Below, piece after piece: positions 38,649-53,845 of a stretch of 64,000 bases of DNA. Origin of the DNA: Octopus vulgaris (lineage: Eukaryota). The stretch spans positions 75,206,001 through 75,270,000 of the forward strand of contig OX597828.1 of assembly GCA_951406725.2 (NCBI GenBank), written 5' to 3'. The position numbers and the translations under genes are program-made. Position 1 is the first letter of the stretch, and every line of letters starts with the position of its first letter. The notes below the pieces were generated by a model that was given only the letters and a program-made list of their open reading frames with translations, had not been told where the DNA came from and did no database searches.

Positions 38649-38650
<2 letters not shown>
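38458..38650 (-). mobile_element. Short Penelope-like pLTR element in (TA)n with minimal hammerhead-like motif
   Basis: Minus 38595-38561 reads gttt-CCGACGA-A-GAGC-tcc-GCTC-GAAA-CG-TT-aaac; (TA)n on both sides. Confidence 0.65.
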
Positions 38651-38714
<64 letters not shown>

Positions 38715-39470
38715 CATATATATATTTCCCAGTCATTCCCTAACTTTCAACCATTCTCTCATTCACTCAATCATTTCGTCATTATATCCGCTCCTTTACC
38801 GACCCAGGAGATGATGTAAAACGAAAGTGTCATAGGGTTTGGACCAATGTTTCATGAATCACTGCCCTACCCACCCTCACTATACCCAGCACCTCGTAAG
38901 TATATTCTTTGCCCCACGCAAAATCCTTCCCCTTCTGGCCATTTAGCAATGTTTCTTGTCATGTATCCACGTCAACCCTTGTCGCGTAGACAGACCTATT
39001 ACCTAAGAAACTCCAACTACGAACACCATGACTTTGGGAAGTGTAGGTATCGACGACAACATTATCTGGGATAATGCTACAACAATATGAGGGACATTGC
39101 TGCAACGGGGTAATATCATGTATCTCCTAACAGCTAGGCAGAACGCGCCTTTTAAAGAGAAGTTGATTTCTTTTTTAGGAGAAGTCATGAGCCTAACCGA
39201 GAAAGAGTATACAGTAAGTTGTCAGGAGTAGCTTTCGAGTATCCACTTAGAGCAGAGTCAGTTTTTTGAGATCTTTATGAATGGCGCAAACACGACAACA
39301 TCTTGTTGACACTCACACATGAACTTTTGAAACGGAGTGTTAAACACCCGTCCCTATACACATACAACAAACACAAAAAAGGATAAACGAACTCACACAT
39401 ACATATGTAGGCACAAATTTATACTACATATATTATGTATGTATATATAATAAATAATACACACATATAA

Positions 39471-39507
<37 letters not shown>

Positions 39508-39600
39508 GTAAATATATAAAAGTTTATAGAGACATATATATAAATATATGTATATAAGCATATATATATATATATATATATATGAATATAAATAAATATT

Positions 39601-39631
<31 letters not shown>

Positions 39632-39680
39632 GTATATACATAAGTTTATATATATATATATACAAATACATGATATATAA

Positions 39681-39727
<47 letters not shown>

Positions 39728-39963
39728 CACATATATGTATATATATATATATGTATATGTGTATATATATGTATATATATATGTGTGTGTGTATATATAT
39801 GTGTGTATATATATATATGTATATATACACACATATATATATTAATATGTGTACGTATGTATATATATATATATATATATATACACAAATATATATATAT
39901 AAACATGTATGTATTTCGACAAACACACGGACGCTCACTCGTACGCGCGCCTATACACACAAG

Positions 39964-40040
<77 letters not shown>

Positions 40041-40467
40041 GATTTCCAATATAATTCTTTTAAAGATTTAATGCCAAATTGGAAACCAATGACATTTAAC
40101 AAGAATGAAATATCTGCGGCACTAGTATTATAGACTATAAAAGACAAAGACCGAACCACTATAATCTCCACCCCGCCACTCTAAACAACCATGCCCAACC
40201 CTCTCGAAAAACATATTTTTAGATAAGGTTATGAGTGATTTCTCTCTGGAAAGCAGACAGAGGTTTTGCCTCTGTGATCATTCAGACAGATTTATCAACT
40301 TTGCTTAAATGACAGCCACACAGCAACCGAAGACTTTTACCATAGAAACAGATGGAGTTTGATCTGTTGTGGTCACACAAGACCAAAATAGCTTTCCTAC
40401 TTTCGCTCTCGTTTATTATACACATACAAACACATGAACACACCGTATATATTTGTGTGCGCGTGTG

Positions 40468-40503
<36 letters not shown>

Positions 40504-40545
40504 CATACATACATATATATATATATGTATACATATATATATATG

Positions 40546-40635
<90 letters not shown>

Positions 40636-40659
40636 CTGTTCTTGCCTCAGTATGCATGC

Positions 40660-40732
<73 letters not shown>

Positions 40733-40772
40733 CATACATATATATATATATGTATACATATATATATATATG

Positions 40773-40888
<116 letters not shown>

Positions 40889-40907
40889 TATATATATATA
40901 TATACAC

Positions 40908-40944
<37 letters not shown>

Positions 40945-41286
40945 TATACGTGCGTGTGTGTGCGGTGCATGTGTGCGAGTGTATGTGTATGAGGTAAACG
41001 GACTACGGCCATTCTGGAACACCACCTTGAGGTGTTTTATTCAATTATATATCGACTCAAGTATTTAGTTTTGTGTTCGATTGATTAATTTCCGTTTATT
41101 GAATGGCTAAGTTGACCAGACATACGATATTGTAGAGTTTGAGCAATTCTGCGGATTTAAATACTACAAGAAATATATGCAGATTTATACCGATTTACAA
41201 CTATTTATAAACGTATACACACAAACTTAGACACACATACACGCATATGTATTATTTATACTGATACACACATCTTTATACACATA

Positions 41287-41937
41287 GGCGTGGCTGTGTG
41301 GTAAGAAGTTTGCTTCCCAACCACATGGTTCCGGGTTCGATTCCACTGCGTGGCACCTTGGGCAAATGTCCTCTACTATAGCCTCAGGCTAACCAAAGCC
41401 TTCTGAGTGGATTTGGTAGACAGAAACTGAAAGAAGTTCATCGTAAATATATCCTTTCCTTTTTATCCTTTTATTTGTGTCAGTCATTTGACTGTGGCCA
41501 TACTGGAGCACCACCTTTAGTCGAATAAATCGAACCCAGGACTTATTCTTTGTAAGCCTAGTACTTATTCTATCGAATTCTTTAGCCGAACCGCTAAGCT
41601 ACGGGGACGTAAACACCAACATCAGTTGTGAAGCAATAGTGGGGGAAAAACACAGACACACAAACATATATATATGTATAAAGACATACAACGGGCTTCT
41701 TTCAGTTTCCGTCTACCAAATCTACTCACAAGGCCTTGGCTGACCCGAGGCTATAGTAGAAGACACTTGCCCAAGGTGCCACACAGTGGGACTTAACCCG
41801 ATATGTGTATGTATGTATGTAATTGTGTGTCGGTGTTTGTTCCCCACTATCGCTTGACAACCGATGTTGGTGTGTTTATGTCCCCGTAAGCTAGCGGTTC
41901 GGCAAAACAGACCGACAAGGTAAGTACTAGGCTTACA
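41287..41937. mobile_element. Nested family B SINEs (minus copy 41453-41800 inside a plus copy)
   Basis: Plus head 41287-41444, an opposite-strand copy, then the plus tail about 41825-41937. Confidence 0.85.
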
Positions 41938-42044
41938 ATATATAAATATATATATATATATATACTATTATGTATATATGTTATTTAACACACACACACA
42001 CACATATACATATATACATATATATACATGTATATATATTGCGG

Positions 42045-42200
42045 GATTCTTTCAGTTTCCGTGTATCAGATTCACTCACGAGCCTCTGGTCTGTGTGGGG
42101 CTATAGTAGAAAAGACTTGCTTAAAGTATCAGTCAGTGGTAGTAAAACTGAAACCATATGGTTGGGAAGCAAGCTTCTTGCCACAGAGCCACGCCTGCAC
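42045..42200 (-). mobile_element. Family B SINE 5' part
   Basis: ttctttcagtttccg..ggttgggaagcaagcttcttgccacagagccacgcctgcacc. Confidence 0.8.
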
Positions 42201-43089
42201 CTTATATATGTGGAGAGAGAGAGAGAGAGAGAGAGAGAGGAAGAGAGAAGAGGAGAGAGTGTGAGTGATGCAGGAAAGCAGTGAGCTTTTGGCCTTAAAA
42301 GGTGTATAGGAGAGTATTAATCGTTTTAAATTAGCCATTGCAAAGCTCGCAGCTGAATGTTAGCTGTGTTTTCCTGTTAAGCGATCTCATTTTCTTTTAC
42401 ATGAGATCTAATCCGTCTTCCTTAGGCCAACAATGAGATTAATTACATGTAATTAACTCTTAATGTCTTCCATTATCCTTTACTGATTCCTCCATAAATC
42501 GTAAATGTCATTATCGCCATTAAACAATACTGTTACTGCTGGTACATCTAATCAGAGAAGGGCGATAACTTCGGCAACCTGTACTAGTGTCTTCCACTAG
42601 TAACCAGCCGTCTCTCCCACCACCAAACTAAAGTAAGCCTTGTGCAACTGCATCCATCCGTAACTATCAGGACTCTCCGCTTACATTCACGGGGACCAAT
42701 CAAAATCTACCGAATCCATCACTAAATCTGAACCAGCCGACGTGTGCGAGCCCAACTCACTGCCCAATGACAATTAAGTTTACAATCGGCGAAAGACTCA
42801 CGGTAAAAAATCTGAATGATCGGAAGTATTTTTCTCACTTCTCTTTAACTTCACGTGATATGATTCTTTTTCAAAATGATAATTTCAATATGTATATACA
42901 TATATACTTTCTTCAGCGCGCGCACATAAATATATATTAATCACAGAACTTTGATGCAGCTCCATGTGACTTAAAATTTCATGGGTGCCCAGGATGGCGC
43001 CATCTCTTCAGATATCAGGAGAAGAGTATGTTTGTTTGTATGTATATATATGTTTGCTTGAATGTATGCGCGTGTATATATATATATTA

Positions 43090-43153
<64 letters not shown>

Positions 43154-43811
43154 GTATGTGAGTAAATGCAAGCCCCAAGTAGTCTTTGATCCTAGAATTC
43201 TAAAATTGTGCTCAGGAACAGCTCTTTGCAAGGAAAAGGTGAAGCTTAATGAAACGTCTCGTGTAACATCTCTCTTGGAATACTTTATCCCCGCAAGCAT
43301 AGCAACAGAGTTGTCGAAAAAAGATACTTGGAAGAAAACTCATTAATTTGGAAGAACTATAAAAATTAGTCTTCTATCTTGAAAAAAAAAAAAAAGAACT
43401 TTCTGCGAAAATGATAATTATAATTATGAAAATATGGTCGAGTAATATTTTTGTTTGTTTCTATTTTCCTGTATTTGTTTCTTTTTGTTTATGCAATTTT
43501 TTCCGAAGATTAATTTGTACCGTTTTCTGAATTAGATAGAAGCCTTCGAAATGAATCAAAATTCCTGAACCAAAGATTGTCTACATCAATCCACGAGATC
43601 GTGAGCCTGTATGTTTTACATAGGAACACACACACATATATTTATACACACACACATATATTTATACACACACACACACACACATATATATATACACATA
43701 TATATGAACAAGATCATGTGTATATATATAACTGTGTATGTATATATGTGCATTTATATATGCACACACACACACACATATATATACAAGATTAGATGAA
43801 TTAAGGTATGT

Positions 43812-44268
43812 ACAAATATATTTAACGCTTCCGTGTAACGTCGAACATAGAAGGACTTTCGCTTCGGAAAATGTTTAGGCTGAAAATTCCCCTTGTAGAC
43901 AATATGCGTGAAAAACACCCCACTGCACTATGAATAATGCAATCGAGCCGTAGGGATGCGTGTTTCTGCATCGTTACGCTTCATCACTTATGGGCACCAA
44001 ATTTATGACTCACTAAGAACGGCTGTTATTATATTTAAACAGTAAATATTAAATGTGCTGGCGTCTAGAAAACTTTGTCAAGCTGGAATTAATTACTGAG
44101 AGACGAACTAAGCAGCAACGATTGGCATATAGGTGCGTACAATCATATTCAACGCATTCAAGTATTCATTAAAATGTGGAAGCATGAATTCACTCAATAA
44201 TTGTCCGGTAGAAAAATTGTAAGATCTTCCTACGTTCGAGTGTAGACGAACGTGTTAAATATAATTGT
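43812..44268. mobile_element. Old TIR element (MITE), possibly piggyBac-like
   Basis: Degenerate ~45-bp inverted ends containing TTAA: ttaacgcttccgtgtaacgtcgaacatagaagg vs reverse complement ttaacacgttcgtctacactcgaacgtaggaag. Confidence 0.45.
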
Positions 44269-44756
44269 GCTCACCTGTGTTTCAATTCACGCCGCTTTGT
44301 GTGCTTCTAGTGAATTAAAATGTGTTTTGTGAGGGTGATGTGTGTCTAGCTATTGCATAAATCAATTCGAAATATTGTAAACTTTCTCATTATATATCTG
44401 TTGTCGTAGGACACTCTTTCGGTAGAGAGAGCATTTCCCCAGATATATATTAACGTTCTGGTCACTTTATATTCAGCTCCACGTAGTCAATTATAATTTA
44501 TAACCAGGCTACTGAGACCACCGCCCTTTTCTTCACTGACTAAAGGTAGTAATAGTAATAGAAACAACCAGATGTCCTGGAAGATTACTGTGAAGGAAAC
44601 ATGCATATTTTATGCTTGTATTACATTTGCCAAAGCTTTGACTCATTTCTAAACAGCTTTCAGAACACATCAGGTGAAGAACTGTGCCAGTTCGGCGAAT
44701 AATGATGTAACTTGTGAAATTAAAATTACTACGTTTTAGCTTCTACGTATGCATAT

Positions 44757-45064
44757 GTGAAGGCGCGTGGCTTAGTGGTTAGGGCATTCCGCTCGCGATC
44801 GTAAAGTCGTGAGTTCAATAACTGGCGACGCGTTGTGTCCTCGAGCAAGATACTTTATTTCACGTTGCTCCAGTCCACTCAGCTGGCAAAAATGGGTAGT
44901 GCCTTTATTTCAAAGGGGCCAGCCTTGTCACCCTCAGTGTGACGCTGAATCTACACCAAAGGTACATGTGTCTGTGGAGTGCTCAGCCACTTGCATGTTA
45001 ATTTCACGAGCAAGCTGTTCCGTTGATCGTATCAGCTGGGACCCTCATCGTCGTGACCGACGGA

Positions 45065-45067
<3 letters not shown>
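44757..45067 (+). mobile_element. CORE-type tRNA SINE, family C
   Basis: A box gtggcttagtgg, B box gagttcaata, CORE-like gtgtcctcgagcaagatactttatt, and tail ending gaccgacggagtg. Confidence 0.9.
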
Positions 45068-45102
<35 letters not shown>

Positions 45103-45159
45103 TGTGTGTGTGTGTGTGTGTGTATGTAGAGAAATACATATATGTAGCGAGTACGTGTG

Positions 45160-45220
<61 letters not shown>

Positions 45221-46416
45221 CGTGTGCGTTCGCGTTGTGTGTGTGTGTGCGTGTATGCATATATATGTATGTATCTGTTAATATACACAAAATTAAAAAA
45301 GAGCTATCATGCTGTTAATGACACAATAATCTATCAGATTATATAACATACCACGTGTCTCCAAGCAGTATTGCAGGCTCAGTGCATATCGTTAGATCTG
45401 TTTGAAAACCAGGACGCTGGACTATGAGAAAGCATGAGAAAAATGGAGAAGAGCGCGAAGGAGGCTGATGCAAAAAATGGTACGAGAAGAAAGAAAAGGA
45501 AAATAGAAAACCAAGATCACTTGACTGTAGAAATCATAATCTAACTGGTGTAGAATAATATAGCGGAGAGAAGACCAAAGTCTGATAGAGAGCTTTTCAA
45601 TCTTGAAAGAGTCTGATCCCCAGTTGGACAAACGAAATTTGTCCATGTGTTTGCATTTGCTAAACATTTCGGATCTGAAATTATGTTCTCTTTATGGAAT
45701 TCTTGGATCGAAAATTATGTACAATTTTTCAGCTACGCATAACTTGCATTTCTTTGTGCCATTTCTATATGATGTAAATTTCCTCACGATTCTTCACTTG
45801 ATTGTATGAGGTGTGCATTTGGTCTTCAGGTCCCATTCATGGGTAGCCAATGAAGGAGCTTTATTTTTATCAATATGTCAAGAAGAAAACTGATGGTTTG
45901 TATAACAGTTATTAAAATTCCTGTTTATTTTAGATTGGTGTCTTGGTTTTCAAATAGGTTTAACAATATACACTGAACCGGAAAGATTGCTTGGAGACAT
46001 GGACTGTTATATTAATCTGCCAAATAATTGTATCTCTACCGCGGGAAACGAACAGTAGCTCTTTTTAAAATTCTGTGTATATTAAACGATGTTTATTCCT
46101 CACTTGATGGAGTACCTTTTGTTGATCCTACCTATGCATAAATATATATGCTTCTGAACGAATGATGCAGGTAAACTGTAGTATTGTATTTTTTGTCGTC
46201 GGTTGCCTCCCCTTATTCCTAGTCTGCTTTGTGCTTCGTTCATCTTAAAGATAAATAAAAAATAACCCAAAGTACCGAGATCGATATAATGGTCAAATTC
46301 CAGTGGAAAAAAAAAGGAAAGGAAAGGAATAATCAAAAAGAAAAGTATGTAAGAAGTATGTAAGCGCTATGGAAACTTTTCCATATATGGAAATAGTTAA
46401 AATCCGGCATGTGCGT

Positions 46417-46489
46417 GTAACTAATGAGATTCGAACCGGCGATAAGAAATTACTAATCATAGATGCTGGTCCAATTGCCCACGAGTCTC
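46417..46489 (-). pseudogene. tRNA-Thr-like degenerate head (pseudogene or SINE head)
   Basis: Minus strand: A box gtgggcaattgg, attAGTaat anticodon-like loop, B box ggttcgaatctc; stems poorly paired. Confidence 0.45.
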
Positions 46490-46660
46490 TCTAGTGTTTC
46501 TTATCAGTTACATCGCAATAAACAAATAATGAAGTCAGAATTTTGTTTCTCATAATGCAACAAATAGAAGGGCGTTAAATTAGCAAAGCGTCGACATTAG
46601 AATCATACCCTGCGTGCGTGCGGCGTGCTGCGAGTGTATCTATATGCATGAGTGTACGTA

Positions 46661-46733
<73 letters not shown>

Positions 46734-46937
46734 GTATATATGTAATTTTCACTTGTTGATTATAGTGTAGAGTAATACTAAAAACAATCAATTACCCACC
46801 CATCCAACATCACCTCACCACCCACACAGCTTTTAGATAAATTGTAATATATGATAGCTGATGATGCTAACGTCGTTGCGAATAACAACAAAATCAACAA
46901 CAGCAACAACAACAACAACAACAATAATAATTATAGC

Positions 46938-46982
<45 letters not shown>

Positions 46983-47050
46983 TTTTTCAAAGTTTCAACT
47001 TCGTTTCTTCCTAATTATCTTTCAGCAATATATATATGTATATATATATG

Positions 47051-47117
<67 letters not shown>

Positions 47118-47124
47118 GTATATA

Positions 47125-47231
<107 letters not shown>

Positions 47232-47597
47232 GTGTGTGCATGCCTGTCAATCTGTCTGTATCTGTGTAGTATATATACGTGTGCATGTGGAATATATGTC
47301 TGTATGTACGTACATATACATATGCGTCTAATGTATGTAGATATGTAAGTATATGAATGTATATCTGTATACGTGTGCGCGCGTGCGTGCGTGTATGTGT
47401 ATGTGTGTGTAGGAACCCGAATGAGCAGTCATTATTATTATTGTTGTACTTAGTGAATGTAATTTAGAGTGTTTTATCATTGTAACTGTTGATAAAACAT
47501 CTGTATCTTCTGTTATCTCTGCTCAATTGATAGAGAGGAGAGGTTGAGAAACAGGGGAGACGAGTAATGTCGGGAGTAATGCAAGAGAACAGATAAC

Positions 47598-47629
<32 letters not shown>

Positions 47630-47839
47630 AAGAGCGTGGGAACTGGGGATGGTGCGGGGTGAGAGAGAAAGAGGAACGAAGATAACACGTTGAATAATGA
47701 AATAGTTCAGCTGAGATATGAAGATGTTTTCCTTACGATTTTGTTCAGTAATTTTCCTGTGATGTTATTTAAAATTATTGAGTTATAGTGGAGATGGTGA
47801 AATAGTTTGTCAAGAAATGGTTCAGTGTTCAAATCCTGA

Positions 47840-48210
47840 GTACGTACAGTATTATACCAGGCCTTGCTCTACTTCATTTTCCTGTACATCCTCCCTCAGA
47901 ACCTACCTGATTTATTCAGCTTCAATGTACTGTATCTCGTTATGTACTCTCGGTATACTGTACCACGTGTTTGTACACTCACTAAGGAAGATCCTCTATA
48001 CTGAACCATTGTATGCAATGAGCCTCTCTAATTTATATGTACTGAGGTTTGATAGGTGATCTCAGTACGTGTAAATTTTCGTCTGATGAATGACAGGTAT
48101 CCGAAACGTTAAAAGCTCTTTCCTTTTCTATAGCACCTTTGTTATACTAACAATACCTTTGTTAAAACTTTTCCCTCTTGCGTTTCTTCTTGTTTTTGCT
48201 CATTTGTCAT
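47840..48210 (+). mobile_element. Possible decayed Penelope-like fragment
   Basis: SFSCTSS..YCIS-like peptide followed by CTGATGA..GAAACGTT at 48083-48110 and a pyrimidine-rich tail resembling 19610-19712. Confidence 0.35.
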
Positions 48211-48643
48211 ATAATTTTAAGAAATCTCTGTAGGGAACCGGCTTACAAAATCTTGAAGTATAATCTCGACGTCGAAACTCATTCACTGACTCTATACATG
48301 TGTCACCTCAATATGTAACCTCTGCATCTGAATTCCATATTGAAGATCAGTATCTTTCTTTCAAGTACCTCACACTGCTGTTTTATGTTAAACTTGCCAT
48401 GTTGCTGTTTATTCATGATGCAATGTCAACAAACGAAATACAAAGAGAGAACATAAGAAAAAGCATCGAGGTTAAGTTAGGAAATGTTTAACATTTTGAA
48501 TAATAAAATAGTTTGAAAGAGGTAAGAAGAAAAGCGAGGTCAAAGAAAAGATGTTTTACTATTCGACGAGGGTTTGCTTTGGTTTGTATATTAAGAAATA
48601 TATTATTTAGATATTTCGAACTAATAATTCGATTGTTCTAAGC

Positions 48644-49178
48644 CAGGGGTGGGGAAATCCCCGCCCGCAGGCGAAATTGCGCCCGTGAGCACATTTTATT
48701 GCGCTCGCAGGCCGATACACTCATATGTACAAAATATAATAAAATTTTCAATTATAAAATTTATACATTATTCGTATGGCTATTTGGGACATAGGTCGCG
48801 TTTTCACTACGACTTAAAATTATTATACTCGAACAGAAATCGTCCGGTAACTGCCATTTGAACGGAAATTTTGTTTTCACTATAAAACCTATATTGCTAG
48901 GTTTGTACCACACACTTGAGCCCCAACTATACTCTAGCTGAAAAATATAGAATACCGCATAAGTAATATAAACGCCCTAAATGCAGTGGCGGCATTAATG
49001 AAGATGTTACGTGTTAATTCAATGTGTTAAACTTAACTTTATTAATGTACATCGAATTAAACATAGATATATATATATAAGAGTTAAACAGATACAAGAG
49101 TTAGAACTTGTGATCCGCCCGCGGATCTTTTTCGTTGGAAATTTTTGCCCACCGCACTAAAAAGTTTCCCCACGCCTG
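48644..49178. mobile_element. hAT (Charlie-like) non-autonomous element
   Basis: TIRs caggggtggggaaa / tttccccacgcctg; imperfect 8-bp TSD ttctaagc / ttttaagt; GC-rich subterminal gcccg motifs. Confidence 0.8.
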
Positions 49179-49389
49179 TTTTAAGTGAATGTTTTACAAA
49201 ACTGAAGGGAGATCCAGAATGGATTACAACTTCCACACCTGGGACAGGGCTGCTGTTACACACACACACACACCTCTCACAGGTTCATCCGAACTCTCAA
49301 ACATTCGCTCAAGTAAGTAGCTTGACGTCGATCATCAACACATTCAACCTCTGATCCACAGTTCTGCTGTGTCACCTCTTTGCCTTTTA

Positions 49390-49437
<48 letters not shown>

Positions 49438-50221
49438 AACTGCAGTTTCTGTTCATCAGAGTTTGTAGCTTTGTGTTACCTTCACTCGGATATTCTCGAC
49501 TCATTCTTAGAACAATATTAACTGCGTTCATATTACAAAGCTTGGATGATCTGAGAAGACAATGTTTATAAACGCAACCCTGCAAACCCATAAACTCCAC
49601 TCCAATTCTCCAACCGAAAATAAAAAGAACCGCCTTCGTATGTAATATCTATTTTTTGAATTTAAATGTTTTGTTTTCTTTCTTGTTAAAGATTATCGAC
49701 TTTTCATCGAAGTGCAATTCTGGTTGAGCTGACCAAAGTATCTGGACTATTTTAATAAACTTCTCCTTTCCTCCAGTCTTGGGAAACTTTAATGAAGTAA
49801 ACGGTTCTTTTTTTTCTTCATAGAAACTGTGGGAAAATATCTTGTCAAAACAACATGAAAGATCAACAGGAAATGGATGGAAAGATATTGAAGTAACGTT
49901 TAGATATTGTTGTCTAAGATCGCAAATGAGTCTTGAGTCTACCTCACGGCAAGAAAGACATCAAGGTAATGATACCAAACCACCACATTAATTGAATAAA
50001 TAAATAAATGAATAAACCAAGAGGACAAAACTATCATTGATGGTTGTGTTTCAACGAATAACCAACAACACGGTTTCGGGCTATTTTCAAATGTAATGTA
50101 AGAAAGCATTGGTTCAAATATTATGTAAGGTAGTATCGTTTTTTTTTTTTTTTGAGAAACACGTTGAACCTCGCTTTGGAAAGTCAATAAAATGGTTACA
50201 TGACAATTTTTTTATCAGATT

Positions 50222-50254
<33 letters not shown>

Positions 50255-50544
50255 GTCGTCATTGTCGTATTCGTCGACGTTGTAACCGTGATCGTCACGT
50301 GATATCAAACAAGAATTCATTAAATTTCTTCTTTAGAAGTTCCCAGATATGAAATTCCAAGAAAAAAAAAGAAAAATTCCCCGAACAACTTCCCTTTTCT
50401 CCTCCTCTTCGTCTTTTCATCTCCTTATCTCCATCTAACTCTTCCCTCCTTATCTCTATCTTTTTTGTTCTCTTCTCTTTCTATATTGATATCAATATCT
50501 GGTTACACTATGAATATTGAAGTTCGTCGACTTTACTCAGCCTT

Positions 50545-50880
<336 letters not shown>

Positions 50881-51190
50881 TAGATATATAATGGTGAAAC
50901 TTTACAAAGTGTATAAGTGGATGATGATTAAAGCAGCAGCACGGTTTCGATTCCCTGTTGTTATCCGTAGATTTATGCAGGAACTTCATGGTAGCGGTTG
51001 AGGTAACAGTATTAATACACACACACACACACATACACACACACAAACGCACACGGCAACATATCGCCCTATGTATTAAAAGGAACTTATATTCATGCAT
51101 ATACACTTGCACATAGATACACACAAGCATAGAAGCATATATACATTCACATACAAACATACGTGCATATGTGCGTAGATGGAAATAAAC
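50881..51190 (+). repeat. Near-identical inverted duplicate of 59732-60061
   Basis: Reverse-complement identity over ~310 bp apart from CA-tract length and a few substitutions. Confidence 0.95.
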
Positions 51191-51378
51191 GGTTGTCAAG
51201 TGGTGGTGGAGGCAAACACACGCGCACACACACACACTCACATATGACAGGCTTCTTTCAGTTTCTGTCTATGAAATGCACTCACAAGGCCTTCGTTGGC
51301 CCCAGGCTGTAGCCTAAGCTACCACGTAGAGGGCCTGAACACGGAACCGCTTGGTTGGGGGGCAAAATTCTTACCACA
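51191..51378 (-). mobile_element. Family B SINE truncated at the duplication junction
   Basis: ggttgtcaagtggtggtgg..gacaggcttctttcagtttc..cactcacaaggc..ttcttaccaca. Confidence 0.75.
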
Positions 51379-51402
51379 TCTATCTATCTATCTATCTATC
51401 TG

Positions 51403-51445
<43 letters not shown>

Positions 51446-51529
51446 GTCTGTCTGTCTGTCTGTCTGTTTATCGTTCTTTTACATGCCTCTTACCAGGCAC
51501 TCACTCCCAGACACACAGACACACACACA

Positions 51530-51585
<56 letters not shown>

Positions 51586-52017
51586 TACGCAGATACATAA
51601 AATATTTCTCAAATATCATTACCAACATTTTCTCCCAACCATTTTTATATTTTACCACTCAGCCAAGGACGGGGCAGTTGGGCATAAAACTTTATTTCTT
51701 TTACTATCTCCAAGACTGATGGCTGAAAATGAAGGAATTTGCCATGAAGCCGTAACTTGGCCTAAATGTTTGCATAAGAGCGAACTCCGCTAAAAATACC
51801 CGAAAATCAGGCAGAGACGTTGAGTCGAGTGATGGATTACGTCTCTTATTCAAACCAGACATAAACAAGCGGAAGTAAAAAAAAAAAATGATAAAACAGC
51901 GCCGAAGGAGACATTGCGACGATTCTTCCAATCCAAACCTGCTGTGTGCAGAAAGAAAGGGAGAATTGACCTTGGTGGGACTTGGACTCAGCGAATCTAG
52001 GCCTGTTGGTCCCACTT

Positions 52018-52580
52018 ATTTTTTACTTATGGATCCCCTTGATTATTTATTTATTCCAGTGGATCCTTATATCCATTCAATATTTAAAAAAATCTTACTG
52101 AATATTATTTGGAATTGTATGAAAAATTATTAAAATTTTTGTGTATTATAGGAGTATAACCGATTAATTGCACATAAATTTGTGTCTTGGTGATTGTTGT
52201 TAAACCCCAAAAGATATATGAAAGAACAAATCTATGACACCAAAGGTATTTCAAAGATAACAGGTAGCACTACCATTCCTATTTCATGAACCAAAAAGCA
52301 AACTTCATCTAAACAACTTTATTCTTACTCAAGCACTTACAGTAGCGATTCTCAACCATTTTTGCCTAAGGACCTCTTTTATTCCGACTTTATTCTATTG
52401 GACCCCATAGCTATTCAAACCTTTAAAAAAATCTTATATTATTATAATTAATTAGGAATTCTATAAAAAATTGTCAAAATATTATGTATAATGTAGGAGT
52501 GTAACCAATTTGTTGCACATAAATTTTAACAAGATCTTAAATGGACCGTCCCCTTCGAGGGTTCATGTGGACCCCGGGGT
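52018..52580 (+). mobile_element. Two diverged tandem fragments of a probable hAT-type MITE
   Basis: 52018-52180 aligns with 52359-52527; the second copy begins cagtagcgattctcaacc and has ggacccc subterminal motifs. Confidence 0.5.
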
Positions 52581-52727
52581 AGGACTATTGGCCCAGGCAG
52601 TCTATGATTTCTATAAGATCCTTGGGCTAAAGTCGAATATTTGTTGTTCATGGTGAATGATAGGGATTTTGTTTCCATCTGAAAAGGGACGACAGTCATT
52701 GGTTGAGAGTTTCCACAATGCTAGCTG

Positions 52728-52773
52728 TTTATCAGGGAATTTATCAGGGAATTTATCACGGAATTTATCAGGG
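52728..52773. repeat. 12-bp tandem repeat (tttatcagggaa) x ~4
   Basis: Direct reading. Confidence 0.9.
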
Positions 52774-52821
52774 TGCAAGAATGTAGGAATCACCAGCAAC
52801 AGCAGCAGCAGCAGCAGCAGC

Positions 52822-52852
<31 letters not shown>

Positions 52853-53766
52853 CCACCACCACCACCACCGTAGTCGTCGTCGTCGTCGTCGTTATCATCG
52901 TTCAAACCACTAAATTTTGTTATGTAAATGTTCACATAATATTGTTACGCAATTGTTTATTTAGGAACGCACACACACATATGATATGTGTGTGCATGTG
53001 TGTGTATATATATATATATATGTATTACATAATATATATATATAATATATATATATAATGTATAAATATATATATATATATTTTTTCTACCTATCTATCT
53101 ACTAATCTATCCTTATATACACACACGCATGTATATATGCATTTACACACACACACACGCACATACATACGTATATGCATATATATATGCACATACATAT
53201 ATACACATAAATTCACATACAATCATTCATACATATATATGATAATATATACATACAAACCTACAGACACACACACACCATATATATATATATATCATAC
53301 TTCAGAAATATCTTTATTCAAACACAACAGAAATACAAAAGACATTTTTATGGAATTTAAATGGATATTCACAAAGAAAAATGAAAACAACTGCATTTTT
53401 ACAGAGCAGCGCCAAAGCCATAATAAGGTTGGTGTGTGTGGGGGGGGGGGGCGGGGTGGAACATGCGGAAAGGAAACAAACAAAATGAAAAGAAAACATC
53501 AACAACGAAACGAAACGAAACGAGAAACCGAATTCAGCGATATATCTGTCTTTCTCGCCACTTCACTTCATCCTCTTATGCCTCCGCCTCCTCATCCTCC
53601 TCATTGTCCTCCTCCACGCCCATTACAGCACAGAAAACATCAAAACTGTTTGTGTGTAAATATAAATCGATGTAAATATTGCATTCCTCTTGAAATGAAG
53701 AAGTAAAAAACAAAACCGTAGCCTTCAACGTTTACAAAACATTTCTATGTTCGTTGATGATGAAGG

Positions 53767-53845
<79 letters not shown>

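Noticed and set aside
38725-39060. Possible Penelope endonuclease remnant on plus strand
   Set aside because: Similarity is too fragmentary to support without a profile search
46349-46362. Partial resemblance to the miR-1 3' half (aagaagtatgta)
   Set aside because: The seed is absent; it is a local 11-bp tandem duplication
49600-50167. Possible Tc1/mariner transposase remnant on minus strand
   Set aside because: Only vague peptide resemblance (ILWS..LHFD) and one TIR-like end; too weak to call
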